A stretch of 38,488 bases of DNA from Pirellulales bacterium (GCA_035550355.1 DASZPI010000770.1:1-38488), one strand, 5' to 3'. Positions 1-9,390 are shown, numbered from the stretch's first letter. Notes: generated by a model not told the origin, from the letters alone. Translations and numbers: made by a program.

Positions 1-441
1 CGGCGCTGGTATCCGGTGATCGACTACAGCCGCTGCACGAATTGCCTCGAGTGCATCGATTTCTGCTTGTTCGGCGTGTACGGCATCGACCGTGCGGACC
101 AGATTCTGGTCGAGCAGCCCGACAACTGCCGCAAAGGCTGCCCGGCGTGCAGCCGCGTGTGTCCGGCCAACGCAATCATGTTCCCGCAACATAAGTCGCC
201 GGCGATCGCCGGCAGCGCAAATGAAGAAGCTGCGGGGTTGAAGATCGACCTTTCGAAATTGTTTGGTGCGCCCGATGCACTGCAAGCGGCGGTGCTCGAG
301 CGCGACGTCGAGCTGGTGGCGGTCGGCCGCGACGCAGTGGGCATGAGCATCGGCATTCCGAAGCGTCAGCCAGCAGGCGGCGATGCCGCGAAGGACGAAC
401 TCGACGCGCTGATCGACGAGCTCGAAAGTCTCGATTTATAA
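1..441 (+). CDS. 4Fe-4S dicluster (ferredoxin-type) domain protein, probably 5'-truncated by the window edge
   Basis: Frame 1 is open from nt 1 ([10 protein letters not shown]...), so the GTG at 16 is probably internal. Two ferredoxin-type Cys clusters are present: [11 protein letters not shown] and [13 protein letters not shown] followed by ANAI. Stop TAA at 439-441. Confidence 0.75.
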   Translation, partial: RRWYPVIDYSRCTNCLECIDFCLFGVYGIDRADQILVEQPDNCRKGCPACSRVCPANAIMFPQHKSPAIAGSANEEAAGLKIDLSKLFGAPDALQAAVLERDVELVAVGRDAVGMSIGIPKRQPAGGDAAKDELDALIDELESLDL

Positions 442-586
442 GCGCGGAATTACTTCTCTGTCATTCCGACCGCTTCGCGTTGACCCGCCGTGTGGCGCGC
501 GATATTTGACAAATAGAGCGTCCCCGCTGAAACGCCCTCGGCCGCTCATCAATACTCACGGCGTTCATCCTACGGAGGATTGTGTC

Positions 587-1333
587 ATGGACGCTCGATG
601 GTCAGCCGAAGGTTTCATGCGCGCGAACCTACATCGCGAAACCGGCCCGGGACCAAAGCGCAAGGACGGCAAGCCCTGTTTGCCACCGGCATTCAGCATC
701 GCCATCAGCCGGCAAATCGGCGCCGGAGGCAGCGAGATTGCACGCGAGGTCGGCCGGCGCTTGGGTTGGAAAGTCTACGATCGCGAGCTGCTCGAAGAGA
801 TCGCGCGCGACATGCACGTCCGCGTGAGCTTGATCGAAGCGGTCGACGAGCGGCACGTCAACTGGCTCGAAGAATTTGCCGAAGCGTTTCTGTTCGGCTC
901 AAAGGTGAGCGAGAACTCGTATGTCGTCCACCTGGTCGAGACGATCATCAATCTAGCGGCGCGTGGCCAGTGTGTGATCGTCGGACGCGGAGGCTGCCAC
1001 ATTCTGCCACCTAGTTGCACGTTGCGGGTGCGCATCGTCGCCCCGCGCGACGACCGCGTCACTAGCATCTGCCACGAACGGCATGCCGATCCGAAGTCCA
1101 TCGAGCACGAGCTGGCCGCCGACGAGCGGCAGCAAGCGCGGTTCATCAAGGATCATTTTCAGCGCGACGTTACGGACCCGGCCAATTACGACCTGGTCCT
1201 GAACAGCTCGCGATGGTCGACGGCCGAGTGCGCCGACATGATTGTCGACGCCTTGCGCGAGCTGGAAAGTCGGCGAGCTTTGTCGGCTGCCCCCGCGGCC
1301 GCGTCGACGGTGAGTATTTCGCAAACGGCATGA
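587..1333 (+). CDS. Cytidylate-kinase-like family P-loop protein
   Basis: SIAISRQIGAGGSEIAREVGRRLGWKVYDRELLEEIA is the typical N-terminal signature of the cytidylate-kinase-like family. Start set at ATG 587 because GGAGG lies at 574-578. The ORF is open back to TTG 506, and ATG 617 is another possible start. Confidence 0.7.
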   Translation: MDARWSAEGFMRANLHRETGPGPKRKDGKPCLPPAFSIAISRQIGAGGSEIAREVGRRLGWKVYDRELLEEIARDMHVRVSLIEAVDERHVNWLEEFAEAFLFGSKVSENSYVVHLVETIINLAARGQCVIVGRGGCHILPPSCTLRVRIVAPRDDRVTSICHERHADPKSIEHELAADERQQARFIKDHFQRDVTDPANYDLVLNSSRWSTAECADMIVDALRELESRRALSAAPAAASTVSISQTA

Positions 1334-1340
1334 GCGTCGG

Positions 1341-1365
1341 CTATCATGGACCGCCCTATCATGGA
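1341..1365 (+). repeat. Perfect 10-bp direct repeat CTATCATGGA x2 (15-bp period) in the 52-bp spacer upstream of the ATP-grasp gene
   Basis: ctatcatgga at 1341-1350 and at 1356-1365, read directly. Confidence 0.7.
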
Positions 1366-1385
1366 AATCGAGCGGTCTGTGCGGC

Positions 1386-2426
1386 ATGCGCGTGTTCGTT
1401 TACGAATGGTGTACCGGCGGCGGATTGCTCGGCGATACTGCGCCGCTGCCTGGCGCAGCGGCGCTGCTGGTCGAAGGCAGCGCAATGGTCGATGCCGTGG
1501 CTGCGGACTTCGCCGGCCTGGATGGAGTCGAGGTTGTCACCATCCGCGACGCTCGCCTGGGGCCAGCCGTTTTTGCGAATTGCTCAACCATTTCGGTCGA
1601 TTCTTCTGATGCGGTCCAGCAAGCCTTCCTGCGCGAAGCGCACGCTGCCGACTGGACAATCGTCATCGCTCCTGAGATCGACGGCTGTCTGAGTCGCTTG
1701 GCGCGCGATGCCATCGCTGCCGGTGGCAAGCTGCTCGGGCCGTCGCCCGACTGCATCGACCTGGCAAGCGACAAGCACGCGCTCGCCGAGCATTTGGCCG
1801 GGCGCGGTGTTCGCGTGCCCAACGGGTGCTTCGTATTGCCCGGCAGCGAGTGTCCGGCGGGCATCGCGTTTCCTGCGGTTGCAAAACCTCGCGACGGCGC
1901 GGGATCGCAGGGAATTCAGATCCTCAACGATCGGTCGGCCGCGTTTCAGAAGCCGGCGCGCGTGGAGCGCCTTGTGCCCGGCATCGCAGCCAGCGTTGCG
2001 GTGTTGTGCGGTCCAACGCGCTTGGTCGCGCTCGAACCGTGCCGGCAGCGTGTCGATTCGCGCGACAACTTCAAGTACCACGGCGGTTCGTTGCCGCTGT
2101 CGCACGAGCTGGCCGATCGGGCGCGGCGGCTCGCGCAGCAAGCGGTCTCGACGCTGCCTGCAGCGCTCGGGTACCTCGGCGTCGATCTGGTGCTGGGCAA
2201 CGATCGTCGAGGAACCGACGACTACGTGATTGAAATCAATCCTCGCCTGACCACCTCGTACATCGGCTTGCGTCAGGCGGCTGCACAAAACATCGCGGCC
2301 GCAATGCTCGCGATTGCCGAGGATAAGCCGGCCGAACTTCGCTTCCGACTCGATCCGGTTTGCTTCCACGCCGATGGAACGGTCCGCATGTCGGCGGCCG
2401 CGCAAATGGCGAGTGACCCTTCATGA
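1386..2426 (+). CDS. ATP-grasp ligase (ATP-grasp_3 type), MfnD-like candidate (tyramine-glutamate ligase family)
   Basis: ATP-grasp hallmarks: FPAVAKPRDGAGSQGIQIL, VERLVPG, and DYVIEINPRLTTSY near the C-terminus. Its stop overlaps the next start (ATGA at 2423-2426). Confidence 0.7.
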   Translation: MRVFVYEWCTGGGLLGDTAPLPGAAALLVEGSAMVDAVAADFAGLDGVEVVTIRDARLGPAVFANCSTISVDSSDAVQQAFLREAHAADWTIVIAPEIDGCLSRLARDAIAAGGKLLGPSPDCIDLASDKHALAEHLAGRGVRVPNGCFVLPGSECPAGIAFPAVAKPRDGAGSQGIQILNDRSAAFQKPARVERLVPGIAASVAVLCGPTRLVALEPCRQRVDSRDNFKYHGGSLPLSHELADRARRLAQQAVSTLPAALGYLGVDLVLGNDRRGTDDYVIEINPRLTTSYIGLRQAAAQNIAAAMLAIAEDKPAELRFRLDPVCFHADGTVRMSAAAQMASDPS

Positions 2427-3436
2427 GCGTCCTCGCCTTGGATATTGGCGGCGCGAACCTCAAGATCGCCGATGGAGGCGGATTCGCATCGTCGCGGTCG
2501 TTCGCGCTGTGGCGGCATCCGGAACGCCTGGGCTCGGAGTTGTCCGACCTCATCGCGATCGCGCCGCCAGCGCGACGGATCGTTGCCACGATGACCGGCG
2601 AGCTTGCCGATTGTTTTGCGACCAAGGCCGACGGCGTGCGCGCGATCGTCGAAGCACTGCTCACAGCCGCGGGCGATTCAGAAGTGCGCATCTATCTCAC
2701 GGACGGCAGCTTGGTTTCGACCGACGAGGCAATTCGACGGCCGCTCGAAGCCGCCGCGTCGAACTGGCACGCGCTGGCGAATTTCACGGCACGCTTCATT
2801 GATCCGAACGCGAGTTTGCTCGTCGATGTCGGATCGACGACATGCGACATCATTCCATTGGTTGACGGACAACCTCAGGCGCTCGGCCGCACCGACCCCG
2901 AACGTCTGGCAAGTGGCGAGTTGGTCAATACCGGGGTCGAACGCAGCCCGGTGTGTGCATTGGTGGCGAGCCTTGCCTGGCGGGGGACGGAATGCCGCGT
3001 TGCCCAGGAGCTATTCGCGACGACGTACGATGCGTACCTGACGACCGGCGACCTGCCCGAGGAACCCGAGAACCGCCACACCGCCGATGGCCGCCCAGCG
3101 ACGCGCGATGCCGCTCACGACCGCCTGGCCCGCTGCATTTGTGCCGACCGGTCCATGTTCACCGCTGCCGACGCGGTCGCTGCCGCCAAACGGATCGCGG
3201 CTGCTCAACAGTCGCTGTTGATTCAAGCGATCAGGCAGGTGGTCGGGCGGCAGCGCCAGCGCCCCGCAATGGTCGTCATCAGCGGCCAGGGCGAGTTTCT
3301 CGCCCGCCGCGCAGTGAACGAGGCGCTCGGAGAATGCACGATTGTTTCGCTGGCCGAGCGGCTTGGACCGGCGATCGCGCGCGTGGGGCCTGCTCACGCG
3401 CTGGCCGTGCTGGCTCATGAACGCCGGACGCGATAA
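2423..3436 (+). CDS. Hydantoinase/oxoprolinase-fold protein of the 'H4MPT-linked C1 transfer pathway' family, MfnF-like candidate
   Basis: N-terminal ASKHA-type phosphate-1 motif LALDIGGANLKIA and a second DVGSTTCDIIPL motif. 4-nt overlap with the upstream gene and 1-nt overlap (TAATG at 3434-3438) with the downstream gene. Confidence 0.65.
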   Translation: MSVLALDIGGANLKIADGGGFASSRSFALWRHPERLGSELSDLIAIAPPARRIVATMTGELADCFATKADGVRAIVEALLTAAGDSEVRIYLTDGSLVSTDEAIRRPLEAAASNWHALANFTARFIDPNASLLVDVGSTTCDIIPLVDGQPQALGRTDPERLASGELVNTGVERSPVCALVASLAWRGTECRVAQELFATTYDAYLTTGDLPEEPENRHTADGRPATRDAAHDRLARCICADRSMFTAADAVAAAKRIAAAQQSLLIQAIRQVVGRQRQRPAMVVISGQGEFLARRAVNEALGECTIVSLAERLGPAIARVGPAHALAVLAHERRTR

Positions 3437-4044
3437 TGGCCCCCACGAACACCGACCGCAGCGTCGTCAAGCTTGGCGGCAGCCTGTTGGAGCTTGCCGA
3501 TTGGCCCGATCGCCTGCGGCGCTGGCTGGACCGGCGGCGCACGCGTCAACAGGTGCTTGTCGTCGGCGGCGGACCCGAGGTGGACGCACTGCGCGAGGCC
3601 CAGCAACGAACGCAGCCCGATGAAACCACAGCGCACTGGATGTGCATTGCGGCGATGGCGGTCAACGCCCGCACGGTCGCTGCGACGCTCGACGCGCCGA
3701 TCATCACGGCCATGCAACTGCGCGCCGCCGCGCCCAGGACGGGCGTCGGCGTGATCGATCCTTGGCAATTCCTGTGGCACGAAGAGCCAACGCTCGTCGA
3801 GGCGCCGTTGCCGGCATCGTGGGATGTGACCAGCGACTCGATTGCCGCGCGGCTGTCCGACGTTCTAGGACTCGACGAACTGGCACTGCTCAAGTCGAGC
3901 GCGCCAAAACCGACGTGGACAAAGGCCGATGCCGCCGCAGCCAACTATGTGGATCGATACTTCCCACAAGCGGCACGCAATCTGCGCGTACGCTGTGTTG
4001 ATCTGCGGTCGATCGATTTCGCGGAACAATGGTTGGGCAAATAG
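3436..4044 (+). CDS. Small amino-acid-kinase-fold kinase (Asp/Glu/uridylate kinase superfamily), MfnE-like candidate
   Basis: VVKLGGSLL at the N-terminus, then VVGGGPEVD, WDVTSDSIAA and LALLKS, matching the amino-acid-kinase fold signature. Translationally coupled to the upstream gene. Confidence 0.65.
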   Translation: MAPTNTDRSVVKLGGSLLELADWPDRLRRWLDRRRTRQQVLVVGGGPEVDALREAQQRTQPDETTAHWMCIAAMAVNARTVAATLDAPIITAMQLRAAAPRTGVGVIDPWQFLWHEEPTLVEAPLPASWDVTSDSIAARLSDVLGLDELALLKSSAPKPTWTKADAAAANYVDRYFPQAARNLRVRCVDLRSIDFAEQWLGK

Positions 4045-4068
4045 CCGCTCACCCGTCGCTGGTGCCGA

Positions 4069-5094
4069 TTACGCCGGTCGCGTGCGCGGGGGAACCTTCT
4101 TCACCACATCCCAAGCAAGTCCCAGTTTTTCCAGCAGCAGGATGTGCAAGTACGTCACGTCGAACTCCCACCATCGGTGGCCGTGCTTGGCCATACGCTG
4201 GTACGCATGGTGGTTGTTGTGCCAACCTTCGCCGAAGGCCAGCAGCCCGACCCACCACAGGTTGCGGCTGTCGTCGGTGGTTTCGTAGTTGCGATAGCCC
4301 CACAGGTGCGTGGCCGAGTTCACAAACCAGGTGACGTGCAGCACGTAAACCATCCGCACGAACATCCCCCAAACCACAAACGAGATCGCGGTATGTGTAT
4401 CCCAACCGTAATATCCGATGGCAAACAGCAGCGCTCCCGCCGCCAGGTGCGAAGGAATGAACAGCGTATGCAGCCAGCGGTACACCGGATCCTTCACCAG
4501 GTCGGGAGCGTATCGGGCGGTGAGCTCGTCATGATGCTTGCGGCCGAAATTGGGCATGAACCACAACCTGTGGCTCCACCACTTGCCGTGGCGCGGCGAG
4601 TGCGGGTCGCCTTCCTTGTCGCTGAATGCATGGTGTTTGCGGTGATTGGCCACCCAGGTAAGGGCCGAGCCTTCGCCCGATAATCCGCCCAAGAAGGCCA
4701 GGAACCAGCGCACGGGTCGGTAGGTCGAAAAGCTGCCATGGGTCAACTGCCGGTGGTACCCCAACGTGACCCCCACGCCGGTAACCCACGACAGGACCGC
4801 GAACAGCCCCAGCGCCTTCCAAGTAAAATAAAATGGCGCGGCGAGCGCACCAGCGTGCACGAGCACGATCCAAACGACGACCGGCCAATCGACCCCGTTG
4901 GCCCAGCGCTCGTCGTGCTCGTGGGCCAGGTCCGCGGCCGCCAGCGGCGCCGCTTCCGGCCCGGTCTGGGCTGCAAGAACTCCCGATTTCTTCGTGGTTC
5001 GACGAGCGGCCTTTGCCTTTCGAAGCGTTTCAGCAGGGGACACGCGGAACTCTCCATGATTGATGTGCGGGAGGACATTCAACTGCCGAATCAT
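4069..5094 (-). CDS. Membrane acyl-CoA/acyl-lipid delta-9 fatty acid desaturase
   Basis: Three His boxes in canonical order: HRQLTH, HRKHHAFSD, WHNNHHAY. Two hydrophobic hairpins. The start is uncertain. ATG 5094 is chosen. The ORF is open to ATG 5175, but those first 27 codons have low third-position GC. GTG 5043 is preceded by GGAGAG. Confidence 0.85.
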   Translation of the reverse strand: MIRQLNVLPHINHGEFRVSPAETLRKAKAARRTTKKSGVLAAQTGPEAAPLAAADLAHEHDERWANGVDWPVVVWIVLVHAGALAAPFYFTWKALGLFAVLSWVTGVGVTLGYHRQLTHGSFSTYRPVRWFLAFLGGLSGEGSALTWVANHRKHHAFSDKEGDPHSPRHGKWWSHRLWFMPNFGRKHHDELTARYAPDLVKDPVYRWLHTLFIPSHLAAGALLFAIGYYGWDTHTAISFVVWGMFVRMVYVLHVTWFVNSATHLWGYRNYETTDDSRNLWWVGLLAFGEGWHNNHHAYQRMAKHGHRWWEFDVTYLHILLLEKLGLAWDVVKKVPPRTRPA

Positions 5095-5173
5095 AGAAAA
5101 TCTCGTCAGATCGGTTGTCACTGCTCGGTCGCGAGTTTGTAAAAGCTGGGTAAAATCCTGGTGCCCGAAAATC

Positions 5174-5189
5174 ATCTGTCGATCTGTCG
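5174..5189. repeat. Perfect tandem duplication ATCTGTCG ATCTGTCG in the desaturase/comEC divergent spacer, followed by a T7 run (5196-5202)
   Basis: Read directly from the sequence: atctgtcg at 5174-5181 and again at 5182-5189. Confidence 0.6.
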
Positions 5190-5228
5190 GCGGCCTTTTT
5201 TTCGGTTCGGGCTTTTGGGGGCCAACAC

Positions 5229-7808
5229 GTGGCGTCCGCTGCTTTTACGCCCGGCGGGAGAACGCATCATGCTTTCACCTTGGCCAACCTATGCGCGCAG
5301 CCGTTGCCAGCCGTCCTGGTGACGATCATCGTTGGCATCGGCATCGATCGTTGGCGGCCGGTTGCCGCGCCCTACGGGTGGCTGCTGTCGTGCGGATTGC
5401 TGGCGATTTGGGCTACGCTGTTTGCGCTCAACTGGCGCTTTGGTCGGGTGGCATGTTTATGCTGCGCGTCGATCGCGGCGGGCGCCGCGTGGCACCACGC
5501 ACGATGGAACCTGTTTGCCGACGACGAAATTGGCCTTTGTGCCACCGACCAGCCTCAATCGGTGTGCGTGGAAGCCATTGCACTCGAGAGCCCGCGACGT
5601 GTGCTGGCCGGAATGAACGACCCGCTCAGTGCCGTTCCCCACGGCGATCGAACCCGGCTATTGGTCGACACGACGACAATCCGCGACGGCGGCCATTGGC
5701 GTGAGATTTCCGGCCGTGCGTTGATGACCATCGACGGCCACCTGCTGGGGGTGCACGCTGGGGATCGGTTGCGTGCAGTTGCGCAGCTCGCAAGTCCATC
5801 GTCTCCGCAGAATCCTGGCGAATTTGATTTCGCTTGCCATCGACGAGCTGATCGGCAGCTTTGTCGGCTCTGGGTCGACGGGCCGGCTGCAGTCACGGTG
5901 GTCGAGCATGCCGAGCGCTGGTCGGCAAGCGCGATCATTGATTGGCTTCGGCAGCGTGGTCAGCAGATGTTTGACGAGCTCCTGCCGCAAAGGGCTGCAC
6001 CGTTGGCCGCAGCATTGATCCTCGGATCGCGTGAACAACTCGATGCCGAGCAGGCCGACGGGTTCTTTCGCACCGGGATGGTGCATTTGCTTTCGATCTC
6101 GGGATTGCACGTGGGGCTGTTGGCGCTGGGATCACTATGTTTTTTGCGGCTTGGGTTGCTCCGCCGCACGACCACGCTCGTCGGGTGTGCAGCATTGACC
6201 ATCGCGTATGCTCTGCTCGTACACGCCGAACCACCCGCGGTGCGCGCCACGATTCTCGTGGTGCTTACCTGCACCGCGCTGATTGCCGGACGAAGCATCA
6301 ACGGCTACAACGCCCTGGCTGCCGCGGGAATCGTGGTGCTGGCGATCAACCCCGCCGACCTGTTCCGCGCCGGGCCGCAGCTTTCGTTCTTGTGCGCGCT
6401 AGCGCTCGTGTGGTTCGCGCAATTGCCGCAGCCGATCGAGACGGATCGGTTGTTCGACGAACTTGCTCCGTCGGTGTTCGACCAGATACGGGTCTGGTTG
6501 CGACGTGTCGGGCGCGGTATCGCGTTGAGCTTGCTGCTCTCGCTGTGCATTTGGTGCATCAGCCTGCCGCTCGTCGCGTATCAATTCCATATTGTTTCTC
6601 CGATTGCGTTGTTGCTGACCCCGCTGCTCGCTCCGCTGATCGGCTGCGCGCTGTTTTCGGGATTCGGCCTGCTGCTGGTCGGATGGTTGCTGCCTCCGGT
6701 CGGCGCGGTGCTGGCCCTGCTCTGCGGCGCCAGCCTTGTGGCAACTCAGGTGGCAATCGAGTTCGCCAGCCGCATGCCACTGGCGTATCGCTGGGTGGTC
6801 GGGCCGTCGGGCGCTTGGGTGCTGGGATTCTATGCGATTGTGTTGGCGTCGCTGGTTGTGCCGATGAGGCGAGGTCGCACGACCACGTTTGCCATCGCCG
6901 TATCGGCGTGGTGCGCGATTGGTTTGCTGGCCACCAGCGCGCAGCCACGCGACGACGCGCTCAGGACGACTTTCCTGTCGGTTGGGCACGGCTTGGCCGT
7001 CGTGCTCGAACTGCCCGACGGACGCACCTGGCTGTACGATGCGGGCTGCCTTACGGCCCCCGAACGCTGCGCCAATACGATTGCATGTTTCTTGTGGTCG
7101 CGCGGCATCGGCCGGATCGACACGGTGATGATCTCGCATGCCGATGTCGATCATTTCAACGCCTTGCCGGAGTTGACCACGCGCGTTCCGATCGGCCGAG
7201 TGCTTGTGAGCGAGCCGATGCTGCAGTCGGCGCGCGACCGCGCACAGCAAATCATGTATGCTGCGCTGGAGGATGCCGGAATCCCGATCGCGACGGTCAA
7301 AGCCGATACCGATGTAGGCCCGGTCGACGCAGCTTATCGGTTGCATGTGCTCCAGCCGCCCGACGCTCCGCTGCCGGGTAGCGATAACTCGCATAGTATT
7401 GTGTTAAGCGTCGAGTATCGCGGTCGGCGGATCCTGCTTACCGGCGATCTCGAATCGCCGGGGCTGGAACGTTTACTCGCTTCACCACCATCCGATTACG
7501 ATGCGATTCTCGCTCCACATCATGGCAGTGCCAACCGCAGTAATCACCCGGGCCTGGCCGATTGGAGCAAGCCTGAATGGGTCGTCCTGAGCGGCGCGGC
7601 GGGCAAAGATTCCAGTGCCGCCGAAAGTGCGTACCTGAAGCGCGGCGCCGTAACGTTGCACACCGGACGAACCGGAGCGGTGACGGTGATCGTCGGCAGC
7701 AGTGGCCAAATCGAGGTTTATTCGTTCCTCGATCAGGCCGACGACCATAAAATGTTGCCAAGCGCTGAGCGCGAGCGATCGCCGAGCGCTTCTTTCGAGC
7801 CACGCTAA
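5229..7808 (+). CDS. comEC: ComEC/Rec2 DNA internalization channel with C-terminal metallo-beta-lactamase domain
   Basis: Multi-pass membrane core (competence domain, e.g. GMVHLLSISGLHVG). C-terminal MBL motifs ISHADVDH, SIVLSVEY and APHHGS. Start GTG 5229; TTG 5280 is an alternative. Confidence 0.85.
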   Translation: MASAAFTPGGRTHHAFTLANLCAQPLPAVLVTIIVGIGIDRWRPVAAPYGWLLSCGLLAIWATLFALNWRFGRVACLCCASIAAGAAWHHARWNLFADDEIGLCATDQPQSVCVEAIALESPRRVLAGMNDPLSAVPHGDRTRLLVDTTTIRDGGHWREISGRALMTIDGHLLGVHAGDRLRAVAQLASPSSPQNPGEFDFACHRRADRQLCRLWVDGPAAVTVVEHAERWSASAIIDWLRQRGQQMFDELLPQRAAPLAAALILGSREQLDAEQADGFFRTGMVHLLSISGLHVGLLALGSLCFLRLGLLRRTTTLVGCAALTIAYALLVHAEPPAVRATILVVLTCTALIAGRSINGYNALAAAGIVVLAINPADLFRAGPQLSFLCALALVWFAQLPQPIETDRLFDELAPSVFDQIRVWLRRVGRGIALSLLLSLCIWCISLPLVAYQFHIVSPIALLLTPLLAPLIGCALFSGFGLLLVGWLLPPVGAVLALLCGASLVATQVAIEFASRMPLAYRWVVGPSGAWVLGFYAIVLASLVVPMRRGRTTTFAIAVSAWCAIGLLATSAQPRDDALRTTFLSVGHGLAVVLELPDGRTWLYDAGCLTAPERCANTIACFLWSRGIGRIDTVMISHADVDHFNALPELTTRVPIGRVLVSEPMLQSARDRAQQIMYAALEDAGIPIATVKADTDVGPVDAAYRLHVLQPPDAPLPGSDNSHSIVLSVEYRGRRILLTGDLESPGLERLLASPPSDYDAILAPHHGSANRSNHPGLADWSKPEWVVLSGAAGKDSSAAESAYLKRGAVTLHTGRTGAVTVIVGSSGQIEVYSFLDQADDHKMLPSAERERSPSASFEPR

Positions 7809-7826
7809 CGTGAGGCTTTCGGGAAA

Positions 7827-9311
7827 ATGCGCTCGTCCGTAACGACCGACCTGCGCGGGCGCAGATGGATCTTCCGATGCTGCGCGATGGCGCTCGGCGT
7901 TGCCATCATGGTCGCGATCGAGCTCGTCTGTCGCCTGACCTGGTCGAGGTTTTCCCACGCAGCGACGGCGATCAACGCGGACGACGATCCGTTCGTCACG
8001 TTCGTGGATCGGCGGCCGTTGTTCGTTTTGTCGGCCGACCGATCGCGCTACGAGATCGCGCCCGAGCGCTTGACACACTTTCGCCCCGACTCATTCGCCG
8101 CAGAAAAGCCTGCCGGCGAATACCGGGTGTTTTGCTTAGGCGGCTCGACCGTCCAGGGGCGGCCGTTTTCGATCGAGACGTCGTTTGCGAAATTCGTCGA
8201 AATTGCCTTGGCCGCGGCCGAGCCAGCGCGCGAGTTCAAGGTGGTCAACTGCGGCGGCGTGTCGTACGCCACCTATCGTCTGCTGCCGATCCTCGAGGAG
8301 GTGCTGCAGTACCAGCCCGACTTAATCATCTTCTGCGAAGGACACAACGAGTTCCTCGAAGACCGCACGTACGCGGAGATGAAGCGGATCGCCCCCTGGC
8401 TGCGCTGGAGTTATCAGCAGGTCGCGCGGTTGCGCATGTTTGATGTAATGCGAGCGAGTTATCGATCGATTCGATCGCCGCGCGGCACGCCGGATAGCGA
8501 TCGGTCGATCCTGCCGGTCGAGGTCGATGCCCGGCTCGATTGGCGCGGCGGTTTGAGCCAGTATCATCGCGATCCTGTCTGGCAGCGCGATTGCATTGAA
8601 CATTTTGCGTTTAACATGGCGCGCTGCGTTGAACTGTGCCGCGAGCAGGACGTGCCGCTGCTGCTGGTCAACCCGGCAGCGAATTTGGACTGGGCGCCGT
8701 TCAAGGCGGAACATCGCGACGGCCTGAGCGCCGACGAGCTCGAACGCGCCGAGCAGCTGTGGAACGAAGCCCGCGCCTACTATGGCGACGCGCCCAAGCG
8801 CGCCCTGCAACTGCTTAAGCAGGCCGTGGCGATCGACAACCAGCATGCCGGCCTGATGTTCGACTTGGGAAAATGTTACCAAAGGCTGGGGTTGCTGACG
8901 CAGGCGCGCGAGGCGCTCGTGCGCGCGAAAGACCTCGACATTTGCCCGCTGCGAATGCTGGAGCCGATGCACGAGCGTCTGCTCGCGATCGCGCACGAAA
9001 CCGGTACCTTGTGTATCGACGCCGACGCGCTGCTGTCGGCTCGCAGTCCTGGCGGAATCAACGGGGCCGAATGGTTTGTCGACCACGTGCACCCGACGAT
9101 CGAGGGGCACGAACTGATCGCCGAAACCATTGCCGACGAACTCGCCCGGCGCGGCGTCGTGCATCCGCCCGCGAATTGGAGCGATGCTCGCCACGAGGCA
9201 TTTCGACGGCATGTCGCCTCGCTGCCGTCGAGCTATTACCCCGACGGCCTCAAGCGATTGCGCAGCGAACAAGGCTGGGCTCACGGCACCTCGCCCCGCC
9301 AACGACCGTAG
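7827..9311 (+). CDS. SGNH/GDSL-type hydrolase with an inserted TPR-like helical module and N-terminal membrane anchor
   Basis: Block I-like FCLGGSTVQG, block III-like FCEGHNEF, block V DHVHPT near the C-terminus. TPR-like helices (ELERAEQLWNEARAYYG...LGKCYQRLGLLTQAREALVRAKDLD) lie between block III and block V. Confidence 0.6.
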   Translation: MRSSVTTDLRGRRWIFRCCAMALGVAIMVAIELVCRLTWSRFSHAATAINADDDPFVTFVDRRPLFVLSADRSRYEIAPERLTHFRPDSFAAEKPAGEYRVFCLGGSTVQGRPFSIETSFAKFVEIALAAAEPAREFKVVNCGGVSYATYRLLPILEEVLQYQPDLIIFCEGHNEFLEDRTYAEMKRIAPWLRWSYQQVARLRMFDVMRASYRSIRSPRGTPDSDRSILPVEVDARLDWRGGLSQYHRDPVWQRDCIEHFAFNMARCVELCREQDVPLLLVNPAANLDWAPFKAEHRDGLSADELERAEQLWNEARAYYGDAPKRALQLLKQAVAIDNQHAGLMFDLGKCYQRLGLLTQAREALVRAKDLDICPLRMLEPMHERLLAIAHETGTLCIDADALLSARSPGGINGAEWFVDHVHPTIEGHELIAETIADELARRGVVHPPANWSDARHEAFRRHVASLPSSYYPDGLKRLRSEQGWAHGTSPRQRP

Positions 9312-9390
9312 CTGCGGCGACCGCGTGCCGGGCAACATTTCAATCGCGGCGACGGATGTTCGAGCCGGTAGTCATCGTGCGCCGGTGCGT

